From contig CBDCYI010000004.1 in assembly GCA_965224085.1 (NCBI GenBank), positions 576,001 through 640,000 of the forward strand: a stretch of 64,000 nucleotides of DNA. Reading direction: 5' to 3'. The position numbers were made by a program, and so were the translations under genes. Source of the DNA: Candidatus Marinacidobacterales bacterium (GTDB taxonomy: Bacteria > Acidobacteriota > Vicinamibacteria > Marinacidobacterales > SMYC01). Below, piece after piece: positions 49,890 to 60,038 of the stretch (the first letter of the stretch is position 1; each line of letters opens with the position of its first letter). The notes beneath the pieces were generated by a model. The model was not told where the DNA came from. It ran no database searches and saw nothing but the letters and a program-made list of their open reading frames with translations.

Positions 49890-50567
49890 GTGACTAGGAG
49901 AACTCTCTGGATCGGAGTCGCGTGCGGCCTGTTGATCACGTCGAGCACATCGAGCGCGACCACGGCCGCGGCCCAGGAAACCTACGAACCCGCGCGCTTC
50001 GGAAGCGGCGCGATTCCTGGACAGCCACCGCTCGCTTCGACAGGTGCTCGCGTCGTGGTCGAGCTCGAGAACGCGCCCTCGGGCATCGTCACCGACACCG
50101 TCGTGGTCGACGATGGTCCACCCTATACCGAAGCTATCAGGAAAGCCGCGCGTACATGGCGCTTTCGTCCCGCCCGCGAAGAAGGGGCAGCGGTCTTTGG
50201 CAAGGCGCTCGTCGTCGGCGTGTTTCGCCCACCCGTACTCATAGGCAGCGAGCTACCGAAATCGATGCACGTTCAGGAGTCTTCCGAGGATGTCCCCTAC
50301 CCTACAGTAATCGCCACACCGGTCTTTCCGCCCACCGCGCTCTACGAAGGCGTAGCACTCGTGGAGGTCGAGATCGATGAAGCCGGCGGAGTCCGAGAGG
50401 CCGCGCTGCGCACGACCGACGAGGCTTATGACACACTCGCGCTCGAAACAGTCAAGAAGTTTCGCTTTCGTCCAGCGCGGCGGAACGGAAGACCGGTCCC
50501 TTCTTACGCACTCGTCTTTTTCGGCTTCCGTCAGCCGCACACGCCCACAAAGCATCCCCGCCGCTAG
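49890..50567 (+). CDS. Protein with two tandem TonB C-terminal domains
   Basis: Signal peptide; WRFRPA.EEG and FRFRPARRNGRPV repeats. Confidence 0.75.
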   Translation: MTRRTLWIGVACGLLITSSTSSATTAAAQETYEPARFGSGAIPGQPPLASTGARVVVELENAPSGIVTDTVVVDDGPPYTEAIRKAARTWRFRPAREEGAAVFGKALVVGVFRPPVLIGSELPKSMHVQESSEDVPYPTVIATPVFPPTALYEGVALVEVEIDEAGGVREAALRTTDEAYDTLALETVKKFRFRPARRNGRPVPSYALVFFGFRQPHTPTKHPRR

Positions 50568-50568
50568 C

Positions 50569-50726
50569 CCATGTTTACCCTTTATGGGCACCCTAACGCT
50601 CGTAAGTGACTGAATTCAAAGGAACGGGGGTTGAATTTTGCCCAAAACGTAGAGACAGATATTGTGCTTTGAGCGCCATTAATACGTTGTAATCGTGGAC
50701 AATGATATGTAGTATGCGTGAGGACA
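50569..50726 (+). repeat. Solo copy of the IS1634 left end, inverted relative to 58208-58364
   Basis: 158 bp, identical to the reverse complement of 58208-58364 except for one T in a T-run. Confidence 0.92.
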
Positions 50727-51139
50727 AGTCGAGTTTGAGAGCCCAGCGACGCTCCCAAAGTGCAAGGCCCCATGTTGACGACTAGCACGCCGAGCATGAC
50801 GGCGAGCCCCCAGCCGGTCTGGACGACTTCCCTGCCTGACCGATCGATCGCGCGGATGACTATCTCGATCGCGAGAACCGCGAGGAGCATGGCCAATCCA
50901 AAAACCGCGAGCGTCTCGAATTTTTGATGTCCATAGGGGTGTTCTCGATCGGGAGGCTCGCTCGCAATCCGAACGACAACGAGGGCAACGACATTGTTCG
51001 CAACATCGGCCAAGGAGTGGATGGCGTCTCCTAAAATCGCGAGCGAACCGGTCTTGAACCCGACCGTTGCTTTTGCAACAAGGACGACGAGGTTGCAGGC
51101 GCCATCGATGAAAAGAACGTAGCGAATTTTCGGCGACAT
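50727..51139 (-). pseudogene. Cation diffusion facilitator (FieF-like), truncated by the IS end
   Basis: GSLAILGDAIHSLAD and PPDREHPYGHQKFE motifs; homology stops at the repeat boundary. Confidence 0.85.
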
Positions 51140-51438
51140 GCGGAATCCTATTGCCCGATTCTAACAGGCCGCCACGCTTCCTCGGCCTGGGGTTTTAGTT
51201 CATGAAGCACATCGCCGACCGGCAGTACCTGGAAATGAAGTTGATGGAAGCGGAGGTCCAGGAGGGATCTCGCGGGCTGAGCGAGAGACCACTCGTACGA
51301 AGCGGCGAAAAGACGCCGAACACGAGTGCGACCGTAAGATTCGGGATCAGTCCTTGGGAAAATACGGTCATCAGGGCCTTCGTGTCAAAGACCGATATGC
51401 TATTCTTTTCTTTGGCAGGCCCGCTGCCCGTTGGCATC

Positions 51439-52545
51439 ATGAGAATCCTGCAGCTCATCCCTCAAAGCTTCGAGACGCCGTTCTTTACCGCGCTTGCAAA
51501 AGGACTGTCCGACTCCGGTGTCAAACAGGACTTCGCGACCGTTCGGTCGGCGCCTCCTCCTTCCTGGTTGGACGAAGTAGACGGGCGCCACTTTTGCTTG
51601 AATGCCTCGAGCCGTCTGAGCTACCCCTTCACGACCCGGACACTCTCGCACTGGATCGAACGCGAGCAAGTCGACATCGTTCACGCGCACTTGTTCGACG
51701 CATCTCTGCTCGCGGCGTGGATTGCTGGACGAGGCCGAGCACGCATCGTCGTCAGCCGTCACCATCTCGACGACGTGCTTCACAACGGGACGGCCTTGCA
51801 CGTGCGCATGGACAAGTGGATCACGAAACGATCCGATCAAATTCTCGTACCGTCCGATGCCGTCCGAGAGTTTATGCGACACACAGAGTCTTCGCGCACC
51901 GAGCACGTACGAACCATTCCCTACGGGTTCAATTTCGACGACCTGGCTGCCACCGACGAAGAGGCCGACGCGGTAAGACGGGAGCTCGGGCTTACCGACG
52001 CGTTTCTCATAGGCGTCGTGGCACGTTTTATCGGGAACAAAGGACACCGCTTTCTGTTCGTGGCGCTCCCCGAGATCGCGCGCGCGGTCAAGAACGTGAA
52101 GGTACTTCTTCTGGGCAACGGCGACGAAGATTTCATACGGCGCCAAGTGCGCGAGTGCGGTGTCACCGACCAAATCGTTTTCGGCGGCTACCGGCAAGAT
52201 ATTGCCGCTTGCATGAAAGCCTTCGACGTGCTCGTCCACCCGACATTGAGCGAGTCCTTCGGTCAAGTGCTGGTCGAGGCGATGTCGGTCGAAACTCCCG
52301 TCGTCTCAAGCCGGGTGGGAGGCACACCGTCGATCATCACTCAAGGTGAGACGGGAGTTCTCGTCCCACCCGAAGATCCCGACGCCATTGCCGACGCCGT
52401 AATCGAGCTTCATCGGGAGCCGGAGCTCGCAAGATCCCTCGGGCGAAAAGCGAGAGCTTCGGTGCTCGAGCGGTTCAACGTCCCCCGCATGATCGAGGAT
52501 CACCTCGACTGTTACCAAGAGCTCCTCACCCCGATCGCATCGTAA
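51439..52545 (+). CDS. GT4-family glycosyltransferase
   Basis: MRILQLI start, DIVHAH, and ESFGQVLVEAM (EX7E). Confidence 0.9.
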   Translation: MRILQLIPQSFETPFFTALAKGLSDSGVKQDFATVRSAPPPSWLDEVDGRHFCLNASSRLSYPFTTRTLSHWIEREQVDIVHAHLFDASLLAAWIAGRGRARIVVSRHHLDDVLHNGTALHVRMDKWITKRSDQILVPSDAVREFMRHTESSRTEHVRTIPYGFNFDDLAATDEEADAVRRELGLTDAFLIGVVARFIGNKGHRFLFVALPEIARAVKNVKVLLLGNGDEDFIRRQVRECGVTDQIVFGGYRQDIAACMKAFDVLVHPTLSESFGQVLVEAMSVETPVVSSRVGGTPSIITQGETGVLVPPEDPDAIADAVIELHREPELARSLGRKARASVLERFNVPRMIEDHLDCYQELLTPIAS

Positions 52546-52552
52546 GACGGGG

Positions 52553-53968
52553 CTAACGCGCAGCCAAAGCGTGTTGTAGTGACCGCGCCACGCGGCTCAA
52601 AGACACCTGGCTCCCGTAACCCACGACCACGAGAGCGACGCCGCCGGCCGCGATGGCGAGGAGCACGCTCAAAACACCTCCTCGCAGATGCGATGCCGCG
52701 ACGGCGGCAAGCGTTGGCGGCAAAGCAGCCAGGATGCTCCTCCAATAACGGAATGCTCGGACGCGCGTGACCATTAATCCGGCAGCCGCCATTGTCACGA
52801 AGTTGCTTGCGGTCGTCGCCCACACGCAGCCGAGCACGCCGAATCGCGGGATCAAAGCAAAATTGAGAACGACGTTGCAGCACGCCGCCACAAAAGCCGT
52901 CGCCGCCGAGATGCGGCTCTCAGACCGCGCCATCGCGAGCGGAGCGAAGCCTAGGACGAGAGGACCGGCCAAAGCCGCGGCCGCGAACATCGGCCACACG
53001 AGCTCGACGGTCGGACCGAACGATACCGGCAAGAGAACCGGGATCGCGATCACGATCGCTCCAGCGACGAGCATGCAGGCCAAGCTGAAGCCCCAGCAAA
53101 GCGCGGGAAGCGTCTCTTCCAGGAAGCGCGACTCGCTGTCGTGCTCATCAGCCGATTCGAGAGAGATCAGAAACGGGAGCACGAGCGAGCCCGCCAAAAC
53201 GGCAAGCTGCAGAAAGCTTCCCATCATCTGATAAGTGATGTTGTAGATTCCGAGAGAGGCCGTCGACAACCAACGCACGATGAAGAAAGCGTCGATGTAG
53301 TTCGTCGACAAATAGCCGAAGGTCGATTGCAGGATGAGCGGGAGCGAGAAGGCCGTCATCGCGGTGACGAGCGGCCACCGAGGGCCCTCGATGGGGAATA
53401 CAAGCTTGCGAACGCGGACGAGCCCAATGAACGCAGAGACACTCAACATCGCGACATAGGACCACGCGACGAGCATGCCCTTCACGCGAGGAAGCTTCGT
53501 CGCCTGCAGCGAGAGCTGCACGTGCAGATTCACAGCCGTTGCCGTGAAATGCGCCAGGACGATACGGCCCGCGCCGGGAATCGCTAGCCAGCTCGTCATC
53601 CGGTCGATCCACCAAGGCGCGCTCGCGTAGCACAGGGAGCCGGAGAGTCCCAAAAACAGCGTGCGCGTCCAGAAGCTCGCTCTCATGTGACCGTCGCGCA
53701 CGAACTCGTCGCAGCCGTAGCGGACGAGCGCGGGTCCCGTCCAGCTCACGACGATTTGGCACAAGAGCATCGAGCCCGCCATCAATGCCGCGAGCTGACC
53801 GTAGCCTTCCGTTCCGAGGCTCCGCGAGAGAACCCCGAGCGTCGTGAGCGACAAGATCGCCGCCGCAACTTGCGCGCCTCCGAGAGCGAGAAAATTCTTG
53901 CCCCCGAAGCGCGCATCCCAGCGGGCGCTTCTCCGGATATCGTCTGGTGATGCGGGCTCGCGGGTCAT
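52553..53968 (-). CDS. Wzx-like oligosaccharide flippase
   Basis: LSRSLG.EGYG, SLGIY and LN.ALIPRFGVLG motifs; multiple TM segments. Confidence 0.82.
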   Translation of the reverse strand: MTREPASPDDIRRSARWDARFGGKNFLALGGAQVAAAILSLTTLGVLSRSLGTEGYGQLAALMAGSMLLCQIVVSWTGPALVRYGCDEFVRDGHMRASFWTRTLFLGLSGSLCYASAPWWIDRMTSWLAIPGAGRIVLAHFTATAVNLHVQLSLQATKLPRVKGMLVAWSYVAMLSVSAFIGLVRVRKLVFPIEGPRWPLVTAMTAFSLPLILQSTFGYLSTNYIDAFFIVRWLSTASLGIYNITYQMMGSFLQLAVLAGSLVLPFLISLESADEHDSESRFLEETLPALCWGFSLACMLVAGAIVIAIPVLLPVSFGPTVELVWPMFAAAALAGPLVLGFAPLAMARSESRISAATAFVAACCNVVLNFALIPRFGVLGCVWATTASNFVTMAAAGLMVTRVRAFRYWRSILAALPPTLAAVAASHLRGGVLSVLLAIAAGGVALVVVGYGSQVSLSRVARSLQHALAAR

Positions 53969-53981
53969 GTCGGGCGCACGC

Positions 53982-54788
53982 TCACGAAATAGAAGATACG
54001 AGCACGATGATCGAACCGCGAAACTGAAGCGAGCGTTCGACGTGCCACCCGGATCTCTCGAGCTGCCCCATCAGGATCGAGCGTGTGTATTCGCGAACAT
54101 GATCTCCGTCGGAGTAGTAACGCGTGCCCAAGAGATACGGGACGATGTTGAGCCGGTCGGAGTCGAAGTCGGGCACTTCGATAACGACCTGCCCCGTCAC
54201 TTCGTGAAGAGACTTTAGGAAGGTATCGGAATCATCGATATGCTCGAGAACGTGCACGAGCAGAGTGAGGTCGAAAGTGCGTGCATCGAGCTGCCGCGCA
54301 AGCGTTTTCGACGCGTCGCCGACCAAATATTCGATATTCGATTTCGGCGATTTCGGCGAGAGCTCTCGGGCACGCGCGATATGGCCCTCGTCATAGTCGA
54401 TGCCCGTCACGCTTTTCGAGTAATGGGCTACCGACCGGCACCAGCGGCCCAGGCCGCAGCCCACATCGAGAATGGCTCCATCCTTTGGAGCCCACTCCTC
54501 GAGCAGCTCCTCGGTCAATCCGAGTCGAACGTCGTGAATATCTTCGTTGAACAGCTCCGCCCAGATCTCGAAAGCGAAGCGGTTCATGGGCCACGCCCCA
54601 TCGAGACAGACCCGCATCAAACGGGCGCGGCCCACGAGGGCGCGACTGACGCGGAACAGCCGATAAGCGACAGAAGCCGCGAGCGATCGTTCTTTCTGGC
54701 GAGGAAAGGACAGATCGGACTCTCGCGGAGACAAGTCTCGGATGAGCATGGATATCGGGTTTTCGGAGTACAAACCCATTGTACCCAA
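53982..54788 (-). CDS. Class I SAM-dependent methyltransferase
   Basis: ILDVGCGLG and HVLEHI motifs; start codon uncertain. Confidence 0.85.
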   Translation of the reverse strand: MGTMGLYSENPISMLIRDLSPRESDLSFPRQKERSLAASVAYRLFRVSRALVGRARLMRVCLDGAWPMNRFAFEIWAELFNEDIHDVRLGLTEELLEEWAPKDGAILDVGCGLGRWCRSVAHYSKSVTGIDYDEGHIARARELSPKSPKSNIEYLVGDASKTLARQLDARTFDLTLLVHVLEHIDDSDTFLKSLHEVTGQVVIEVPDFDSDRLNIVPYLLGTRYYSDGDHVREYTRSILMGQLERSGWHVERSLQFRGSIIVLVSSIS

Positions 54789-54838
54789 CGCGGAGACGCA
54801 TTTCGACGCGTCCAGCTCGTTTCCGGACTGGCTAAAGG

Positions 54839-56284
54839 CTAGTTCAGGCGCTCAGCATAGTTCACGCCTACGTAAATGCGCGTGACGTTTCCACTCTCGT
54901 CCAGCGTGAAGCGAACGAGCTCCCCATGAGGTCCGCCTCCAGTAGCCTTCAGCCGAAAGATGTGCTCGTCCACCGGAACGAGGATGCCTTTGCTCGCGGT
55001 CGGATCGTCGCTCATGGGAGAGAGCAGCACGAGCTCCTCGTCCAGAATCATGACGATACGGTCGCCACCACGGGAGCGGTAGGTGCCGCTATAGAGCTTC
55101 CAGCTCGGGTCGGCTTTTTTCGGCGGAGCGTCGCCCATCACCGCTTTCACGATCGCCGGCGCGACCCAATCATAGGCCTTGCGCACATAGCGGTTGGGAT
55201 TGCCGTCACCACCATTCGTGAAGACGACGACGCCAATGTGCTCCTTGGGACTGAGCATCGTATTCGTGCGATAGCCGGGATAGCCGCCGCCATGGCCGAC
55301 GAGGTCCCGCGCGTCGGTATGAGTGATGCTGAAGCCGAGACCCCGGCCCCCCGTCCACGTTTCGTTGAGGAAGTGCACACGCTGCATCTCACGCAGCGTG
55401 CTCGGGCTCAAGACTTCCGTAGCACCTCCGGCGCGAAGCCGCATCTGCCACGCGAGAAATCGCAGCATGTCCTCGACGTTCGACGACAAGCCGGTCGCCG
55501 GATCGAAAGCGCGCGCGTCTACGAAAGGCATGACTTCTCTCGAATGGTCGGGCATCGGGCGGCCATAGCCCGTGGCGAGACGTTTTTTGTGCTCGGCGTT
55601 CGGCACACCGACGCTCGTCGAGTCCATCCGAAGCGGCGCGACGATCTCGCTGTCGACATATTCTTTGTATGAACGACCGGACACGACTTCGACGATCATG
55701 CCCGCGAGAGAGAGGCCGAGATTCGAATACTTGAAGCGATCGGCACGGCGATACGTCGTTTCCTGCTCCGAGACGGTCTCCTTGACTTGCTCGAGTGTTG
55801 GGAACTCGTACTCCGTCCACGCCGGATGGACTGACTCGCGCGGGATGCCGGCGCTATGCGTCAACAAATTCCAGATCGTGATGGGAGGAGACTCTGGATG
55901 CCGGTCCTGAATGTCGAACCAGGGAAGATATTTTACGATGGGGTCGTCGAGGCGCAGCGTGCCCGCGTCTCTCAACTGCAGGACGGCGATCGAGGTGAAC
56001 AGCTTGGAGTGCGACGCAATGCGAAAGATGGAGTCGGTCTTCATCGCGGTGTCCTCCGCGATGTTGGCGTGACCATAAGCTTTCTGCCACACGACTTCCT
56101 CATCGTGAACGATGCCGATCACGAGCCCAGGGAGCCCGTTATACTTCATCTGGGTTTGGATCCAGGCGTCCAGAAGCTCTATTTGCGACGCGACCGCCAC
56201 GTCCTTCGACAAATCAGCGGCGTTCGAAAATCCCGGAGACACCAATACCCAGATACAAACGGCGATTGCCAGCGTTCTCGTCAT
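54839..56284 (-). CDS. Secreted serine hydrolase, beta-lactamase/AmpC-like family
   Basis: F.IASHSK (SxxK), LLTHSAG, YSN and HGG motifs. Confidence 0.9.
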   Translation of the reverse strand: MTRTLAIAVCIWVLVSPGFSNAADLSKDVAVASQIELLDAWIQTQMKYNGLPGLVIGIVHDEEVVWQKAYGHANIAEDTAMKTDSIFRIASHSKLFTSIAVLQLRDAGTLRLDDPIVKYLPWFDIQDRHPESPPITIWNLLTHSAGIPRESVHPAWTEYEFPTLEQVKETVSEQETTYRRADRFKYSNLGLSLAGMIVEVVSGRSYKEYVDSEIVAPLRMDSTSVGVPNAEHKKRLATGYGRPMPDHSREVMPFVDARAFDPATGLSSNVEDMLRFLAWQMRLRAGGATEVLSPSTLREMQRVHFLNETWTGGRGLGFSITHTDARDLVGHGGGYPGYRTNTMLSPKEHIGVVVFTNGGDGNPNRYVRKAYDWVAPAIVKAVMGDAPPKKADPSWKLYSGTYRSRGGDRIVMILDEELVLLSPMSDDPTASKGILVPVDEHIFRLKATGGGPHGELVRFTLDESGNVTRIYVGVNYAERLN

Positions 56285-56378
56285 GTCGACCTCCCGTATG
56301 GCGGCGAGCGTAACACTCTACGTATGCGAGCGCCACGGAGAGCTCATCGGTTTCACCAGGGTGCCTATACTAGCGGCC

Positions 56379-56520
56379 ATGACGTGGTTGATCCGTTTTC
56401 ACCGATGGCTGGGGCTCGCGCTGGGACTTCTCTTCGTCATCTGGTTTGCTTCGGGGATCGTCATGATGTACACGCAGATGCCCGTGCTCACCGAGGCTGA
56501 GCGTCTCGAAGCGCTCATCG
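56379..56520 (+). pseudogene. PepSY-associated TM protein N-terminal relic
   Basis: Reads MTWLIRFHRWLGLALGLLFVIWFASGIVMMY..MPVL, after which homology is lost. Confidence 0.7.
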
Positions 56521-56601
56521 ACGGCAAGCCAATCATAGTCGCGACGATAGTCAGCGGTCGCGATAAAGTCAACGACTCCACTTCACTTGGACTTGATGCG
56601 C

Positions 56602-58203
56602 CTACTTCTCCAGCTTTCGAAGACGTGCGACCCGTGGGTCGTTCGGTACGATCTTCAAAAGGGCGTCCATGCACGCGCGGCGCACGCGCTCTTTGGCATC
56701 GTTCTCCGCGGCCTCCAGTAACGCATCCGCCGCGTCCGCCGCGCGCGGTCCGAGGTTTCCCAGCATGATGGCCGCGGTCAATCGCGAGTCCGACATTCTG
56801 TGGGTGCGCAGAACGTCGATCACTTCATCCAGATACTCCTCACCGTGAGGCCCGACGACCTTCAGCATTTTGAGAGCGTAGTTTCGACGCACGGACAGCG
56901 CCGTGGATTTCAAGAACTCTAGCGCACGTTCCATCGCCGGCGCCTCGGCTTCTCCAATCAGTGCGAGCGTTTCGAAGGCCGCGGCCTCGCTGGAATGCGC
57001 CTCGACAAGGGCGACGATCTCCTCGAATGCCGCACGGGCACGTCCCATGGCCCGCAGCCTCTGCCCGCGCTCGTAGGCGAGCCTTTCGTCGCTGTGAACG
57101 ACGAAGATGCGCACGCCAGACTGCTCGGAGCGGACTTCTTGCACACGAGTCTTAGGTGGCTCGGCTTTTTCGCTCACCGTGATGCCACCAGGGCAGTCGA
57201 TCCACTCTCCGCTGGCGCGCTCGATGTAACGATAGACCTCCTCGCGCCGTCGTCTTTGCAGCCCGACGAGATAGCCCTGCTTGCGCGAGCGCACCACCGC
57301 CAGGCTGTCGCTCGTTACCATCCCTCGGTCGCCGACAAAAACCACGCGGTGCAAACCGAATCGTTCGTTGAGATCGTTGAGCACCTGCGGCACCGTTTTC
57401 GCGTCACGCCAGTTGCCGGCGAAAACATGGTGGGCGATCGGCCAACCGTCCACCATCACCAGACCGACAAGCACTTGCCGGTTACGCGGTCTGCGGTCGC
57501 GACTGTAGCCGTGGGCGCCGAGCCCCGGAGGGCCTTGACCTTCGAAGTACGTCGACGTCAGGTCGTAAAACACCATGTCAACCTCAAGCGAAAACAGATC
57601 CCGCAAGCGCAAAAACAGCTCTTTCTCGATCTGTTCTTTGCGGGCATGCAGCTGGTCGAGCGTTCGGTACCATTGCTTGAGTTGGCAAAACTCCACGCGA
57701 ACCCGCGGGGAGCGACTCGCTCGCCGCTCCCCATCATCGCGCCACTGCGGCACCCACCGCCGCCCCTGCCGGTCGCAGACGAAGTCGGTCTCGAGCCAGC
57801 GCGCCAGACCGTGCTCGCTTGACGGAGCACATAGCCGGTTGGCGACCAGCACCAAAGCTCGCTCGCTTAGCGCCACTCCGTCGCGCTTGCCGCGGCCTCC
57901 GAGCCGGTCGAGAATCTGCTCCAGTCCGAGCTCGCGCCACAGCGTCGCCGTCACCACCATCGGACCCCAATCCCACGCGTCTGCCCCCGCGATCTGCTCG
58001 GCTGCTCGCTCGGTGTCGGCCGGTTCACCGGCCCCAAGCAACCGATTGAGGGAGTCGAGATTGGCAACTAGGAGATCCTTGCGCCCCAAGTTGCACACTA
58101 CGCGTTGCTTCGGCTTGCCGTGCTCCCGATACGACTCGACCAGGCGGACATACTCATGTTGAACCCCTTTGCCGCCTGCGGCCCGAACGATGCGGAAGAA
58201 CAT
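56602..58203 (-). pseudogene. IS1634-family transposase truncated at about aa 390 and fused in-frame to a HEAT-repeat fragment
   Basis: YVRLVESYR, FYDLTSTYFEG, GYSRDRRP and FVGDRG motifs. The C-terminal third is replaced by HEAT-like helices (RLTAAIMLGNLG, VRRACMDAL). Confidence 0.82.
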
Positions 58204-58207
58204 AACC

Positions 58208-58364
58208 TGTCCTCACGCATACTACATATCATTGTCCACGATTACAACGTATTAATGGCGCTCAAAGCACAATATCTGTCTCTACGTTTTGGGCAAATTC
58301 AACCCCCGTTCCTTTGAATTCAGTCACTTACGAGCGTTAGGGTGCCCATAAAGGGTAAACATGG
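58208..58364 (-). mobile_element. IS1634 left end with transposase promoter
   Basis: Directly upstream of the transposase ATG; contains TTGTAA-17-TAGTAT and GAGG. Confidence 0.8.
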
Positions 58365-58448
58365 GCTAGCTGGAAGTACTGAGCAACCTTTCTCCACAAC
58401 GGCGGGAGCTCGACGCGCTTTGGGCCGCGGGCAAGGGAGAGAGACCGC

Positions 58449-60038
58449 TCAGCTTCGCGCCGGGAACTCCTCACCGAGAAAGCCGGCGGTTCGTAAGCTC
58501 AAGGCCACGAAGGTGAGCGTGCTGTTCAAACAGCCCGAGCTCACGCAGGTCGGTGCGCCGATAATCCAGAGATTCTCGTGATCGTGCGTGCGGCCGGTCG
58601 CATCACACACGCTCTCGCTCGGATCCTCCCCCATGCGGCAGCCGCCCGACGGGTGGTCGAGGTACTCGCCCACGAACGACTCCAGGATCCGACCTCCACC
58701 CTTTTCGACGAGCTTCTCGAAGATTTCCGTGAAGTGCCGCCGCGTAGCGTCACGAAGCGCGCTAGAGGTCTCGTGCTCGACGTGCTCGACCCGGGGCAGC
58801 GGGTCGCCCCATCGGTTGTGCTTTGCCGGTTCGAGAACCACACGACTTTCCTTGGCCGGCAGAACATCATAGTAGCCACGGACCCTTGCACATCCCTTCT
58901 CCGCGCGCAGGCGCCAGTCCGCCATGAGATCGTCTCCGAGAAGAAGTCGCCCGGTGTCATCTCTCAGCCGCGGCTGGCGGCCATACGTGTGCGTGAAGAG
59001 TGCCAGGTCGTGTCGGATGTAGGGACTTCCCGGCGGCGGCTTCATGAAACGCCTCGTGATCATCGAGCTGATGTTGAGGCCCGGATAGATCTGGACGGGG
59101 ACTTCGATGAGAGCCCAGATCGGCCGATGGCCGCACATATAGCGGCCAACCAGGCCCGATGCGTTGGCGACACCGTCCGGAGAACGGGAGCTCGCCGAAA
59201 GCAGCAGCAAGTGCGGCGTCCAGGTATAACCGCCGGCGAGGGCGAAGGTTCGCGCTCGAATCTCCACCGGCTCACCACTCACCCGGTCCACCGCGCGCGC
59301 GCGCTCGACACGACGGCCCCGCTCGTCGAGATCCAGCCGGCGCACGAGGGTGTTGGGCACGAGCTCGATCGCCTGCTCTTCGAGAAGCGACTGGAGAGTG
59401 AAGTCGGGAGAGTACTTCGCTCCGGTAGGACAGATATTGCAGGTGCCGCAACGCGTGCACTGCATGCGTCCGTCATAGGGCCGCGTGTTTCTCGCCGTGG
59501 GAGTGACGCGAAAATCGAGACCCGCCTTGCTCGCCCAATCACGGAGGCCCTTCTGGTTGTAGTCGAGCGGGAACGCCTCCATCGGATAGGGCTCGGAGCG
59601 CGGATCCCACCCCTCGCTCTCGGGACCTTGCGCGCCGGCGACACCGATACGTCGCTCCGCTTCGCAGTAGTAGGGCTCGAGCTCCTCATAGCTCACCGGC
59701 CAATCTCCGCCGACACCATAGAGCGATCGGATACGGAAGTCCTCGCGCGAGTAACGCGGCGCGGTGGCCGCCCAGTGGAGTGCCTGTCCGCCCGCCGCCA
59801 TGGTGCGGGAGATGATGCCCTCGGCGGCCTGGTCCTCGATGAAGTCTCCCGGCCACCAGTTCTCGCCGTAGTCCAAGTAGCGCTGTCGATGTTCGAAGCG
59901 TTTTTCGAGATCGAAGAGCTTGTCGCCTGCCTCGACCACGACGATCGAAAGCTGCCGTTGTTGAGCGAGCTTGGCGGCGAGCATCGTACCGGTGATGCCG
60001 GCCCCGACGATGCACAGATCCGCTTCGTAGCTTCTCAT
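58449..60038 (-). CDS. GMC-family flavin oxidoreductase large subunit
   Basis: IVGAGITG, CTRCGTCNICP, HPSGGCRMG and N.TLT motifs. Confidence 0.9.
   Translation of the reverse strand: MRSYEADLCIVGAGITGTMLAAKLAQQRQLSIVVVEAGDKLFDLEKRFEHRQRYLDYGENWWPGDFIEDQAAEGIISRTMAAGGQALHWAATAPRYSREDFRIRSLYGVGGDWPVSYEELEPYYCEAERRIGVAGAQGPESEGWDPRSEPYPMEAFPLDYNQKGLRDWASKAGLDFRVTPTARNTRPYDGRMQCTRCGTCNICPTGAKYSPDFTLQSLLEEQAIELVPNTLVRRLDLDERGRRVERARAVDRVSGEPVEIRARTFALAGGYTWTPHLLLLSASSRSPDGVANASGLVGRYMCGHRPIWALIEVPVQIYPGLNISSMITRRFMKPPPGSPYIRHDLALFTHTYGRQPRLRDDTGRLLLGDDLMADWRLRAEKGCARVRGYYDVLPAKESRVVLEPAKHNRWGDPLPRVEHVEHETSSALRDATRRHFTEIFEKLVEKGGGRILESFVGEYLDHPSGGCRMGEDPSESVCDATGRTHDHENLWIIGAPTCVSSGCLNSTLTFVALSLRTAGFLGEEFPARS

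Larger units (their letters stand above)
50569..58364. mobile_element. Putative 7.8-kb composite element bounded by two inverted IS1634 left ends
   Basis: Ends read CCATGTTTACCC...GGGTAAACATGG. GCTAGC lies immediately outside both ends (50563-50568 and 58365-58370). Confidence 0.55.

Noticed and set aside
54839-56284. Mobile antibiotic-resistance beta-lactamase
   Set aside because: SxxK/YxN serine hydrolases with a C-terminal extension are usually peptidases or esterases. Resistance cannot be inferred from the motifs.
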